Positions 9,389 through 18,294 of a stretch of 64,000 nucleotides of DNA are shown piece after piece. Source of the DNA: Candidatus Babeliales bacterium. GTDB taxonomy: Bacteria > Babelota > Babeliae > Babelales > JANWKD01. The stretch covers positions 1-64,000 of the forward strand of contig CAVXJH010000006.1 in NCBI GenBank assembly GCA_963762115.1. The letters run 5' to 3'. The position numbers and the translations under genes are program-made. Position 1 is the first letter of the stretch, and each line of letters starts with the position of its first letter. The notes under the pieces are model-generated. The model had not been told where the DNA came from. It did no database searches and saw only the letters and a list, made by a program, of their open reading frames with translations.

Positions 9389-10216
9389 TTATAGCCGTAG
9401 GATATCTGCTATTTCAGGTGGGATAGAAATAAATGCGTCAAGAATTCGTTCGACATCTTCTTGAGAGAAGGGGCCCATAGATGTTTGAGCAGATTGATCT
9501 ATTCTAGGTGATTCATAAGGGCTACGAAATCGCTTTGTGGTATTCGATGTATTTAACACTGAATTTGATTGTGAATGCATTGTATCATCAATTTTTCTTT
9601 TTTTTGATCGATGAACTTTATCGTAATGTGCTTTATATTCTTTTTGGTTTGGAAATGTTCGTATGTGGTTGCATTTCTTGCAATTATGAGGAGTTTGATC
9701 TGATTGATGATCTTTAACTGATCGATGAACTTCATAGTAATGTTGGTTATATTCTTTTTGGTTTGGAAATGTTCGTATGGGGTTGCATTTCCTGCAAGCA
9801 TGAGGAGCTTCTGATCGATGATCTTTAACTAATCGATGATCTTTACCGTAATGTTGGTTATATTCTTTTTGGTTTGGAAATATTTGTATGGGATTGCATT
9901 TCCTGCAAGTATAAGGAGTTTGATCTAATTGATGAACTTCATAGTAATGTTTTTTATATTCTTCTTGACTTGGAAATGTTTGTGCAGGGTTACATTTCCT
10001 ACAACGAGAACGGGATAATTTAGTATTGTTCTGTGGCTCGGGTTGCGCTCTAGCGCAAGCAGTTAATCCAAGATAGACTGACGTTGGGTTGAGATAAGTT
10101 GGTTGCGTGTTGTTCTCATTAAAGAATTCAGCGTGTTGTTCCATTGCAAATAATGAGCTGCATGAGAACGCAAGGAGAAGCGCTGTAATCAATCTCGTTT
10201 GAGATCTAATCTTCAT
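9389..10216 (-). CDS. secreted protein with four C2H2-like zinc fingers and a basic NLS-like motif
   Basis: Signal peptide ...SLFA|MEQ; 4x C-x2-C-x5-F-x5-Y-x2-H-x4-H; then SKKRK. Confidence 0.75.
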   Translation of the reverse strand: MKIRSQTRLITALLLAFSCSSLFAMEQHAEFFNENNTQPTYLNPTSVYLGLTACARAQPEPQNNTKLSRSRCRKCNPAQTFPSQEEYKKHYYEVHQLDQTPYTCRKCNPIQIFPNQKEYNQHYGKDHRLVKDHRSEAPHACRKCNPIRTFPNQKEYNQHYYEVHRSVKDHQSDQTPHNCKKCNHIRTFPNQKEYKAHYDKVHRSKKRKIDDTMHSQSNSVLNTSNTTKRFRSPYESPRIDQSAQTSMGPFSQEDVERILDAFISIPPEIADILRL

Positions 10217-10407
10217 AATGAAGTGCCATATACTATTTAACTTTTTTTTAATAATGAAATTTCTTTCTAAATCTAGCATAAAAAGAGTTCAAGCTTAAAC
10301 AATGAAAAGCTTTTATTTTGATTTTGATTAGGGTTTTTTGTAGGATTATGTCTTGTAATTTTTTTTGCTTATATGATGACACTCAATCATACAAAAAAAT
10401 AATGTTA

Positions 10408-10779
10408 TTATTGCACAGCACATCTTTTTTTATTTGCTACAATAACAGGCCTTGGGCTAATCTGCTCTTTAGGACTAATTTGTTGCACAAAATAGCCAAA
10501 CGGATATTCACTTTTCTCAAAACCTGGACAAAGAAGAATAACATTTTTTTGGAATGGCAAAAAATTTGCTTGAAGTGCCCCATCTTCCAATATCAACACC
10601 TGTTGTTTTTGAGTTTTTATAGCAACTTTTATCGCTTTACTAACCTCATCTTGATGACCATACCATCTTTCCAATAAGGTCTGTGCGTTTTTTTCACCAC
10701 GATTCATACCAAAAAGAATATTAGTGGAAAATAAAGATAGTACAAAACATATACCAATCAAAATTTTTTGAATGTACAT
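10408..10779 (-). CDS. hypothetical secreted protein ending in a CaaX-like motif
   Basis: Signal peptide ...ILFG|MNR, AAGGAG RBS, C-terminus KKRCAVQ*. Confidence 0.7.
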   Translation of the reverse strand: MYIQKILIGICFVLSLFSTNILFGMNRGEKNAQTLLERWYGHQDEVSKAIKVAIKTQKQQVLILEDGALQANFLPFQKNVILLCPGFEKSEYPFGYFVQQISPKEQISPRPVIVANKKRCAVQ

Positions 10780-10897
10780 AAGAACTCCTTAAAAATAAAG
10801 TATATAATTATATACTTGTTAGTATAAACTATTTTAAACTGTATAGGTATTTTTATACTATATTAAAAAATATATTTAAAAAAATAGTGAGATTATC

Positions 10898-12628
10898 ATG
10901 TTAAAATTTTTTTTAATTATTATTACAACATTCTTTTTTCCTATCATCTCTCAAAAACCTCCCTTTCTTGCAAACAACAATCAATGGGCGGAAAAAACGC
11001 TTGCATCATTAACGTTACAACAAAAAATTGGACAACTGTTTGTTGTTGCAGCCGCATCAAATTTTGATCAACCCAATGAACTTCTTGCAAGTAGCATGTT
11101 TGCATCACCCTATAAAATGAATGAAGAATATGTTAATTGGCTCATTAAAAATTATCATGTTGGCGGCGTGATTTTTCTCTATAAAAGTGACCCCAAAAAA
11201 CAAACGGCTTTAACTAAAAAATTTCAACAACTTGCTTCTATTCCTCTTCTCATTGCACAAGATTGTGAATGGGGATTAAGCATGCGCTTAGATGGTGATC
11301 CTGACAAAGTAGTGCGCTATCCTCGCAACATGACCCTAGGAGCCATTGTTAACGAAAGTCTCATATATGATATCGGTTATGAAATAGGACAACAATGCGC
11401 AGCAATTGGTGTTCATATGAATTGTGCGCCCGTTGTTGATGTTAATAACAATCCTGAAAACCCAGTAATTCATGATCGATCTTTTGGCGACGACCCAGAG
11501 CGAATTGCACACTACGGAGCATTATTTGCTCAAGGATTACAAGATGCTGGCGTTATTGCGTGCGCAAAACATTTTCCTGGTCATGGTGATACAACCGTTG
11601 ACTCACATATTGCTCTTCCGGTGATTAAACATACAAAAGAAAGACTTGAAGCTATCGAATTACTTCCCTTTAAAAAGCTCATCGATAATGGTGTTAGCGC
11701 GATCATGACAGCACATCTTGCAATTCCAGCACTTGATGCAACGCCACATCAACCTTCAAGCATGTCATACAAAATTGTTACAGAAAAATTAAAAAATAGT
11801 ATGAATTTTCAAGGGTTAATCATAACTGATGGACTTGGCATGCAAGCAATCACCAACTATTATAAACCGGGAGAACTTGAACTAGCCGCTTTTTTGGCTG
11901 GCAATGATATTTTGTTATGCCCTCTTGATGTTCCCCGTGCAGCAATGCTTATTGAAAAATCCGTGCAATCTGGAAAAATTTCACAAACCGATTTAGATAA
12001 ACGGGTATTGAAAATATTACAAGCAAAGGCATGGGCTTTTGAGCAACAAAAAAATTATAAACAAAAACAAACGCAAGATTTTCTCATCCGTCCAGAAGCA
12101 TACGCATTACAAAAAAAAGCATATCAACAAGCAATCACTCTTGTAAAAAAACCGCATGATCTTGCCTTTGAAGAATCTTTACTAGAACAAAGTTGTGTTC
12201 TGCAAATCGGCACTTTAAAAGACGATGTATTTTTAAAAAAATTAACACAACATACCCAAAATGCACACACCTATTCTACGCATTTGAATAACACAGAATT
12301 ACAAACATGCTTAACGATTACAAAAAATTTTGACACGGTGATTATTGCTTTAAGTGGTATTACTAAAAATTCATCACAGCAATTTGGTATCGCCAATAAT
12401 ACGCGCGCGTTAATAAATATGTTAAAAACAGCGGGCAAAAAAGTTCATGTTATTGTCTTTGGAACACCTTATTGTTTACCCTTGCTTGAAAAAGCCGATA
12501 CACTCATTATGGCCTATGAAGATGCTCCAGCAGCGCAAAAAGCTTCTGCCAAAGTAGTATTAGGTAAAATCAAAGCAAGAGGCAAATTGCCGGTTAAGCC
12601 CTTCGCTCAAAAAAAATCCCCAGAATAA
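10898..12628 (+). CDS. glycoside hydrolase family 3 beta-N-acetylglucosaminidase (NagZ-type, two-domain, secreted)
   Basis: KHFPGHGDTTVDSH signature, APVVDVNNNP.NPVI..RSFG, TDGLGM, plus a GH3 C-terminal domain. Confidence 0.92.
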   Translation: MLKFFLIIITTFFFPIISQKPPFLANNNQWAEKTLASLTLQQKIGQLFVVAAASNFDQPNELLASSMFASPYKMNEEYVNWLIKNYHVGGVIFLYKSDPKKQTALTKKFQQLASIPLLIAQDCEWGLSMRLDGDPDKVVRYPRNMTLGAIVNESLIYDIGYEIGQQCAAIGVHMNCAPVVDVNNNPENPVIHDRSFGDDPERIAHYGALFAQGLQDAGVIACAKHFPGHGDTTVDSHIALPVIKHTKERLEAIELLPFKKLIDNGVSAIMTAHLAIPALDATPHQPSSMSYKIVTEKLKNSMNFQGLIITDGLGMQAITNYYKPGELELAAFLAGNDILLCPLDVPRAAMLIEKSVQSGKISQTDLDKRVLKILQAKAWAFEQQKNYKQKQTQDFLIRPEAYALQKKAYQQAITLVKKPHDLAFEESLLEQSCVLQIGTLKDDVFLKKLTQHTQNAHTYSTHLNNTELQTCLTITKNFDTVIIALSGITKNSSQQFGIANNTRALINMLKTAGKKVHVIVFGTPYCLPLLEKADTLIMAYEDAPAAQKASAKVVLGKIKARGKLPVKPFAQKKSPE

Positions 12629-12641
12629 ACATCTGGGGATT
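12615..12641. terminator. hairpin between convergent genes
   Basis: AATCCCCAGA-N7-TCTGGGGATT. Confidence 0.6.
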
Positions 12642-12668
12642 AAAATAATCATACTATGATTTTTAGTT

Positions 12669-13550
12669 TTATGCTGTTTTAAATTTATTTAAATTTAATG
12701 CTTGAATATCTCTAATGCGATATTTAAGTCGTGGTTGCGAGTAAAATAGATATCCAACGATTCTAAGAGGAGTAAGCAGCCAATTTATAGAACTACTCAC
12801 AAAACGCTTAAAAGCAAATTTTGATTTTGGATCTTCTATATGATCCTTTATATTAGTAAGCACATCGATAAGTCCTTGCTTACTTCCCATACTTTTCACC
12901 GCTTCAATATCCGCCTCAGTCTCACACATCCTTGAATATCTCAATTGGAATAAACCAACAAAAAATGAAAAGAACATAGCTGACGAAACAGAACTCCCTA
13001 GTGCATTAGCATGATCTTCATCAGTTGGAGCAATAGCGCCTTTCATTATGTTCTTATAGATGATTGTGCCCAATAATCCACTGGCTATCAACTTTGCAAT
13101 ACCAAAAGCAAATTGTTTTGGGTAGTGATTAAGCTTCAAGTGCATAAGCTCATGCCGTATTAATCCTTGTCTTTCTGGCTCAGAAAGACTTTCAAGCCAT
13201 TCTTCACTTACATATAAATACGCATGCCCTTTAGGAATCAATGATGGCATAACAAAGGTATTCATGCGACCAAATACTTCTTGTGCCCAATTAGTCATAC
13301 CACGAATTTCAATGCAATGATCATCCATATTCAAATCGATAATAATGTCTCTAATGAATTGTTCATTATCACGTGATAATGCATGAAATCCTAATGATTC
13401 TGTTCCCCAAAAATCACCCCAGTCTCTTATAAAATTACGCACCACTGAAAGTGAATGAGTAGCTTGCGCCTCAGGACGATCAGGATATTTTTTTGCTTGT
13501 AATCCGACAGTGATACCTAATAATACAATAATGTATATAAATTTTTTCAT
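12669..13550 (-). CDS. secreted M48-family zinc metallopeptidase
   Basis: Signal peptide, RHELMH, two hydrophobic helices, SRMCETEAD. Confidence 0.8.
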   Translation of the reverse strand: MKKFIYIIVLLGITVGLQAKKYPDRPEAQATHSLSVVRNFIRDWGDFWGTESLGFHALSRDNEQFIRDIIIDLNMDDHCIEIRGMTNWAQEVFGRMNTFVMPSLIPKGHAYLYVSEEWLESLSEPERQGLIRHELMHLKLNHYPKQFAFGIAKLIASGLLGTIIYKNIMKGAIAPTDEDHANALGSSVSSAMFFSFFVGLFQLRYSRMCETEADIEAVKSMGSKQGLIDVLTNIKDHIEDPKSKFAFKRFVSSSINWLLTPLRIVGYLFYSQPRLKYRIRDIQALNLNKFKTA

Positions 13551-13639
13551 AAAACTCCTGTAAAATTGTTGTAATTTTTGTAACAATTTTAACAGAATTT
13601 TCTTATGAATAATACATAAAAAACAAGATTAGCTGGTCA

Positions 13640-13840
13640 TTATAAACGTGATGCCCACCAAAGCAACAATGCTGTTATCACGGCATTAGCAATAATTGCA
13701 AATACATTGAGCTGTTGAGTCCAATTAATCCACAGAAAATGAAGTGGCAATATACCTAAATAGTTAATAAAGATATGGCTTATGGTATGAGATGCTTCAG
13801 CACCAGCCAAAAAAATAATAATTTCTTTTTTTGAAAACAT
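13640..13840 (-). CDS. small membrane protein
   Basis: Two hydrophobic segments; GGGAG RBS before ATG 13840. Confidence 0.6.
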   Translation of the reverse strand: MFSKKEIIIFLAGAEASHTISHIFINYLGILPLHFLWINWTQQLNVFAIIANAVITALLLWWASRL

Positions 13841-13861
13841 TAAGAGCTCCCCTTTTTTCAA

Positions 13862-13889
13862 AAAGACGGATTTTTTCAAATCCGTCTTT
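13862..13889 (-). terminator. intrinsic terminator downstream of the 67-aa gene
   Basis: AAAGACGGATTT-N4-AAATCCGTCTTT perfect 12-bp stem, followed by a T-run on the minus strand. Confidence 0.7.
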
Positions 13890-13914
13890 AATTTTTAATA
13901 AAAAAAAATAGTTT

Positions 13915-14118
13915 TTATTTTTTCTTTTTAAGCATTGGTAAACCAGTACGCTGATTTTCCATAACTTCATAACCTGCTGGTAACGCATCAAGCGAACCTT
14001 CACCAGCTACACCAGCAAAATAATAAATCTTTTGCAAACGGTCGCCTGCAAGCTTTACTTCTTTTGTATGCAAATAATACATCTTACCGCTTTTTTTAGA
14101 TTTAACACTGTAAGCCAT
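13915..14118 (-). CDS. small basic conserved hypothetical protein (67 aa)
   Basis: AAAGGAG RBS; YYLH...IYYF...LPAGYEV.EN.RTGLPMLKK pattern; has its own terminator. Confidence 0.85.
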   Translation of the reverse strand: MAYSVKSKKSGKMYYLHTKEVKLAGDRLQKIYYFAGVAGEGSLDALPAGYEVMENQRTGLPMLKKKK

Positions 14119-14464
14119 GTTCTTTTAGCTCCTTTGGATAAATAAACTGCTATTTAATTTTTACTCGAGTATACCACAAAATTGAAATTAATAGATTTAT
14201 TCTTAAAAAATCTAGTGATTGCCTAAAATAATACAAGAATATGCTCTCTTACCTCATTTTCCACATATAGTTTCGATGGGTATCACTACCGCAAAACCAT
14301 ACGGTATTTTTTATACAATTTTTTACCCAAAAACAAATTCAAACTATTATTTGCGTTGTATATTTCAATTTAACATTTATATAAAAACTGATAACTTATT
14401 AATAACACATGCATTATTCTCATAGAATTATTAGTAAGATCACTCTATTTTAGGGACAAAAACC

Positions 14465-17023
14465 ATGAAAAACCTCCAAAAAACAGCCTTATTTTCACTT
14501 TTTTTCATTCTCTCTTTACCCTTACTGGGTATGGAAGAACAAAATCAAGCTATTACGTGGTTTAAAACAGCAGATGAGCAGTATGTTTCATCGCAAGAAC
14601 CTATTATTGCTCAATGTGTAACACTACAACATTCCATAGAAGATGCAGGACAACTATCATCACAAGAAGATATTATACGTTTACCAATAACAAAAACAGC
14701 ACTTGATACAGCACAAAGCATGTTAAACCGAGCAGATAATCAACCTCACTTATTGGCAAATTTGATAACAGAATCAAACGAACCATCAATAATGCAACAA
14801 ATACTCTATCTTGATATTCCTCTGTTCTCCTCAGCATTTAAAATACTTGCAGAAGAGAACACAACAACAACATCAAAAAGAAAACGCGCAGAGAACACAA
14901 CAGCACTACAAAAATATTTCAAAAAACAAAAAAATAACTCTGAACAAGACAATCAAGAAGACGTTGTAATCATAGAAACTGGTGATGGTAAACAAATTTT
15001 ATTTCCAAAACAATTAATGAAATATACAACAGTATTTAATAATGTTATCAGTGATACTCAGGAAGATACTAATATCATCCCTACCCCTATAACGGCCGAT
15101 GACATCACTATTCTTAAAGATTTTCTTTCATTCTTTGCAAAAATGGATAGTTCTTATCATTGGCAATTTCAAAAAAAATTATCAACAAGACTTGATCATT
15201 TAAAAACAAAAAAAGAAAAAAAATTAAAGCGGCTTAAAGAAAATAAAACATGTACCACCATGAGCATAGAAATTGACGAACAACATAATAAAAAACAAGA
15301 CAAAGAAAATGCATTAAGCAAACAAATCGCATCTTTAACAGAAGAACAAAAAGAAAACATAAGAAAAGGAATAGAAGCACGCTTCGACCAAAAAACGACC
15401 TCTGCTGAAATTTCTTCTGCAACAGCAAGAAATTCAATAATTCTTGAAAAAGCTATGCACTATTTTAAAGAACACAATGTATCATTTGAAAAAATTATAG
15501 ATTTAGCACAACTTGGTGATTATGCAGGATGCCAAATCTTATTTGATGCTGCAATTAACGTAGCTCACGATCATCTTGTGAGCAATTCTCAAAATCATCC
15601 TGATTTCTTCAGCTCATTGCATGGTTCAGTTGCAGCTGCGCTTAATGAAAAAACACAAGAAATCATTACAGAAAAAAAACATCTCAATAGAACACTATCA
15701 AGAACTATGATACTGCCAAAATTAGACTATTCTACCATACAAACAATACATGATGATGAAATAGTAATCGGGCAAAATGGACACAATATAACGTTACTCA
15801 ATAAAATAACAAACTCCATAATGCCATTAAAAGGAATGCCGCTCCAAATCTCACCTGATGGTTCATTATTTGCTCAACAACTCTATCAAACAGTGTTATC
15901 ATCGGCACAATTGGAAATTATTACCGTAAAAGATAAAACAAAAAAAGCTATTTCTTTAGAAGAACTGTTTTCTGACAATGACGTATATGCCGATTCTATG
16001 ATTCCGGTAAACGAAAAACCAAACATACTATCATATCATTTTGTTGATAATGGTGCAGCACTGGCAATAACAGTACATTATAATGGAGCAATTCATCATT
16101 GCAGATATTCAGTTATTGATGAAACATTAACAATCGTAAAAACGTGTGGATTGCCGCATGATGACACAGAATTTTTATGCCAAGTATCAGATCATCATAA
16201 CGTCTTTATAGAAAGAAAAGGCGTAGTAGACACAGGAAGTTCTTTATTTTTTAATAATAAAAAACAATCAGTACCTCATAATGCCCCTCTTTTACCCTAT
16301 TGCTTTAATCATACTAATGATACCATGATAACGTATAGCGATGTAGAGAAAAAGTTTACCTTATGGAATACAATAACAGGTGAAGTAATCAACGAAATCG
16401 AATATGACAATAAAGTGTATCACCTTATTTATAACGCTCACACGAATACTCTTATAGCACTCACTCAACCAAGTCTTGCTCAAGCTCATATTGCTTGTTT
16501 TGATACAATAACAGGAGCACAAAAATCTGCTCTTGATATAAGCAATAATCTTACTTATGTATCATCGAAAAAGAATTGTTTAAAAAAAATCAAGGATTTT
16601 TCTCTCAGCCCCAATGGTAAACATATTTTGATTAGACAAATAGATCTCATGCGAAACTCTCCAATTACCTCACTATTAGAGCTAGAAACAGGAACAATGC
16701 TTTTGAATTTTGCAGAAGATACTCAAGCAATGTGGTTACCTGATGGATCACTGATGAAGGCTCAAGCAACTGCAATTCCTTATAGTAATAAACCAGTAAC
16801 GCTTACTCTTTCATATGACTTATATGATGCACAAGCAACACAAGAAGCATTACGTAGTTGTTCACTAGAAGAATCATTGTTAATTGAAAGAATAATTAAG
16901 AGCAATGCTTATATATTAAACGATCAAGAAGAAGCGGTCTATAAAGTATTATTGGAAACATTACCGGAAACATTACGAGAAGCATTAAGAAACATTATAG
17001 AATCACCTATTACAAAAAAATAA
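14465..17023 (+). CDS. secreted protein with Skp1/BTB-like segments and a C-terminal beta-propeller-like region
   Basis: Signal peptide ...LLG|MEE; IETGDGKQILFP..MKYTTVFNNVI and IIDLAQLGDYAGCQILFDAA resemble Skp1; ISPDGS, WNTITGE, FSLSPNGK resemble WD40/TolB blades. Confidence 0.6.
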   Translation: MKNLQKTALFSLFFILSLPLLGMEEQNQAITWFKTADEQYVSSQEPIIAQCVTLQHSIEDAGQLSSQEDIIRLPITKTALDTAQSMLNRADNQPHLLANLITESNEPSIMQQILYLDIPLFSSAFKILAEENTTTTSKRKRAENTTALQKYFKKQKNNSEQDNQEDVVIIETGDGKQILFPKQLMKYTTVFNNVISDTQEDTNIIPTPITADDITILKDFLSFFAKMDSSYHWQFQKKLSTRLDHLKTKKEKKLKRLKENKTCTTMSIEIDEQHNKKQDKENALSKQIASLTEEQKENIRKGIEARFDQKTTSAEISSATARNSIILEKAMHYFKEHNVSFEKIIDLAQLGDYAGCQILFDAAINVAHDHLVSNSQNHPDFFSSLHGSVAAALNEKTQEIITEKKHLNRTLSRTMILPKLDYSTIQTIHDDEIVIGQNGHNITLLNKITNSIMPLKGMPLQISPDGSLFAQQLYQTVLSSAQLEIITVKDKTKKAISLEELFSDNDVYADSMIPVNEKPNILSYHFVDNGAALAITVHYNGAIHHCRYSVIDETLTIVKTCGLPHDDTEFLCQVSDHHNVFIERKGVVDTGSSLFFNNKKQSVPHNAPLLPYCFNHTNDTMITYSDVEKKFTLWNTITGEVINEIEYDNKVYHLIYNAHTNTLIALTQPSLAQAHIACFDTITGAQKSALDISNNLTYVSSKKNCLKKIKDFSLSPNGKHILIRQIDLMRNSPITSLLELETGTMLLNFAEDTQAMWLPDGSLMKAQATAIPYSNKPVTLTLSYDLYDAQATQEALRSCSLEESLLIERIIKSNAYILNDQEEAVYKVLLETLPETLREALRNIIESPITKK

Positions 17024-17042
17024 ACTCACGAACATATTCAAA

Positions 17043-17070
17043 GCAGGTTGTGTAGAAATACACAACCTGC
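17043..17070 (+). terminator. hairpin after the 852-aa gene
   Basis: GCAGGTTGTGTA-GAAA-TACACAACCTGC perfect 12-bp stem. Confidence 0.7.
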
Positions 17071-17185
17071 ACTATACTTTTCTCAAATCAATCTAAATCT
17101 AGAGTAATTATTGCATAAATATCTTTAAACGCTCTATACTCAATCAAAAAAATAAAACAAGATTGATGATAAAAGGATAATCACA

Positions 17186-17395
17186 ATGAATAATAATACC
17201 TTAGGTTTAATCTGCATTATTATTGGTATAGTAATCATAGCATCAGGCGCACCCTTTTTATGGCAGATTCTTATTACCTTACTTGCTTTATGGCTTATTA
17301 ATTATGGACTTATTCTGCGTGGATCCCCTGCCCTTATTGTGTGGGTTCAGCGCATGTTTGATGAAATTCGATCTGCTTTCGGTTTAAAAAAATAA
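17186..17395 (+). CDS. small membrane protein
   Basis: AAAGGA RBS; two hydrophobic helices. Confidence 0.7.
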   Translation: MNNNTLGLICIIIGIVIIASGAPFLWQILITLLALWLINYGLILRGSPALIVWVQRMFDEIRSAFGLKK

Positions 17396-17475
17396 AACAT
17401 TGCTATTCATTATATTTTTATCCTACACTCACCGTGTAGATATAAACAAAAAAATAATTCAAAACTAATAAAAAA

Positions 17476-18294
17476 ATGAGAGAATTGATGAATCAGAAAA
17501 AATTTTCCATTGTTGAATCACTCCGATTTGGCTTTTTGACCGCTATCAACAACATTATATTTTTTCTTAGTGTGCAAGGCATTCTTGCCCTCATCCTCAT
17601 TGCGGGGGCATTAGCAATACTTGGTATTCTTTATTTGTTTTGGTCAGCAGAAGTTGTCATGATTTGCAAAGGTGCTGACATTTCATGCTTTCAAAAATAT
17701 GGCTCTCTTCAAGGTATTATTACTTTTTTCAAATCTTTAGCGGCAACCGACCCTGAAACGAATGAAAAAACAATACGCGCCGCTCTCAATAAATCATACT
17801 TCATGATACCAGGTATTATAGTATGTAGTTTGATTATGAGCATTCTCTATCGTTATGTCACACTTGGCATGGTGAGAATCTGTCTTGATTTTTATGATCA
17901 TCACACGAGTAGCTTTAACCGTCTTTTTGGCTCATTCAGCTTAGCGCTCAAAGCATTTGTTGCATCGCTGTTATATAATTTCATGATTGTTTTAGGCACA
18001 TTATTATTCATCATTCCTGGTATTATTGCTGCAATTCGTTTTGGCTTTTATCAACAAGTTCTTGTCGATAAAAATGTTGGGATTATTGATTCGCTAAAAT
18101 TGAGCGCACAAATCACTAAAGGGTCCGCCTTAAGTGTTTTTGCGGTGAATCTCATTTTCGGTCTTATTAATATTTCAGCCTATTTCACCTTTGGCATCAC
18201 GTATATTATTACGTTTCCTGCTTTATATCTTGCGCAAGCATATATGTATCGCAAATTACTTGCTGCGCCAGAAACAAGAGAAGAAAATCATTAA
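17476..18294 (+). CDS. multi-pass membrane protein (DUF975-like)
   Basis: LLFIIPGII ... VDKNVGIIDSLKLSAQITKG ... AYMYRKL pattern. Confidence 0.7.
   Translation: MRELMNQKKFSIVESLRFGFLTAINNIIFFLSVQGILALILIAGALAILGILYLFWSAEVVMICKGADISCFQKYGSLQGIITFFKSLAATDPETNEKTIRAALNKSYFMIPGIIVCSLIMSILYRYVTLGMVRICLDFYDHHTSSFNRLFGSFSLALKAFVASLLYNFMIVLGTLLFIIPGIIAAIRFGFYQQVLVDKNVGIIDSLKLSAQITKGSALSVFAVNLIFGLINISAYFTFGITYIITFPALYLAQAYMYRKLLAAPETREENH

Noticed and set aside
9600..10010. CRISPR-like periodic repeats
   Set aside because: The repeats are in-frame coding units of the zinc-finger protein; no unique spacers or cas genes.
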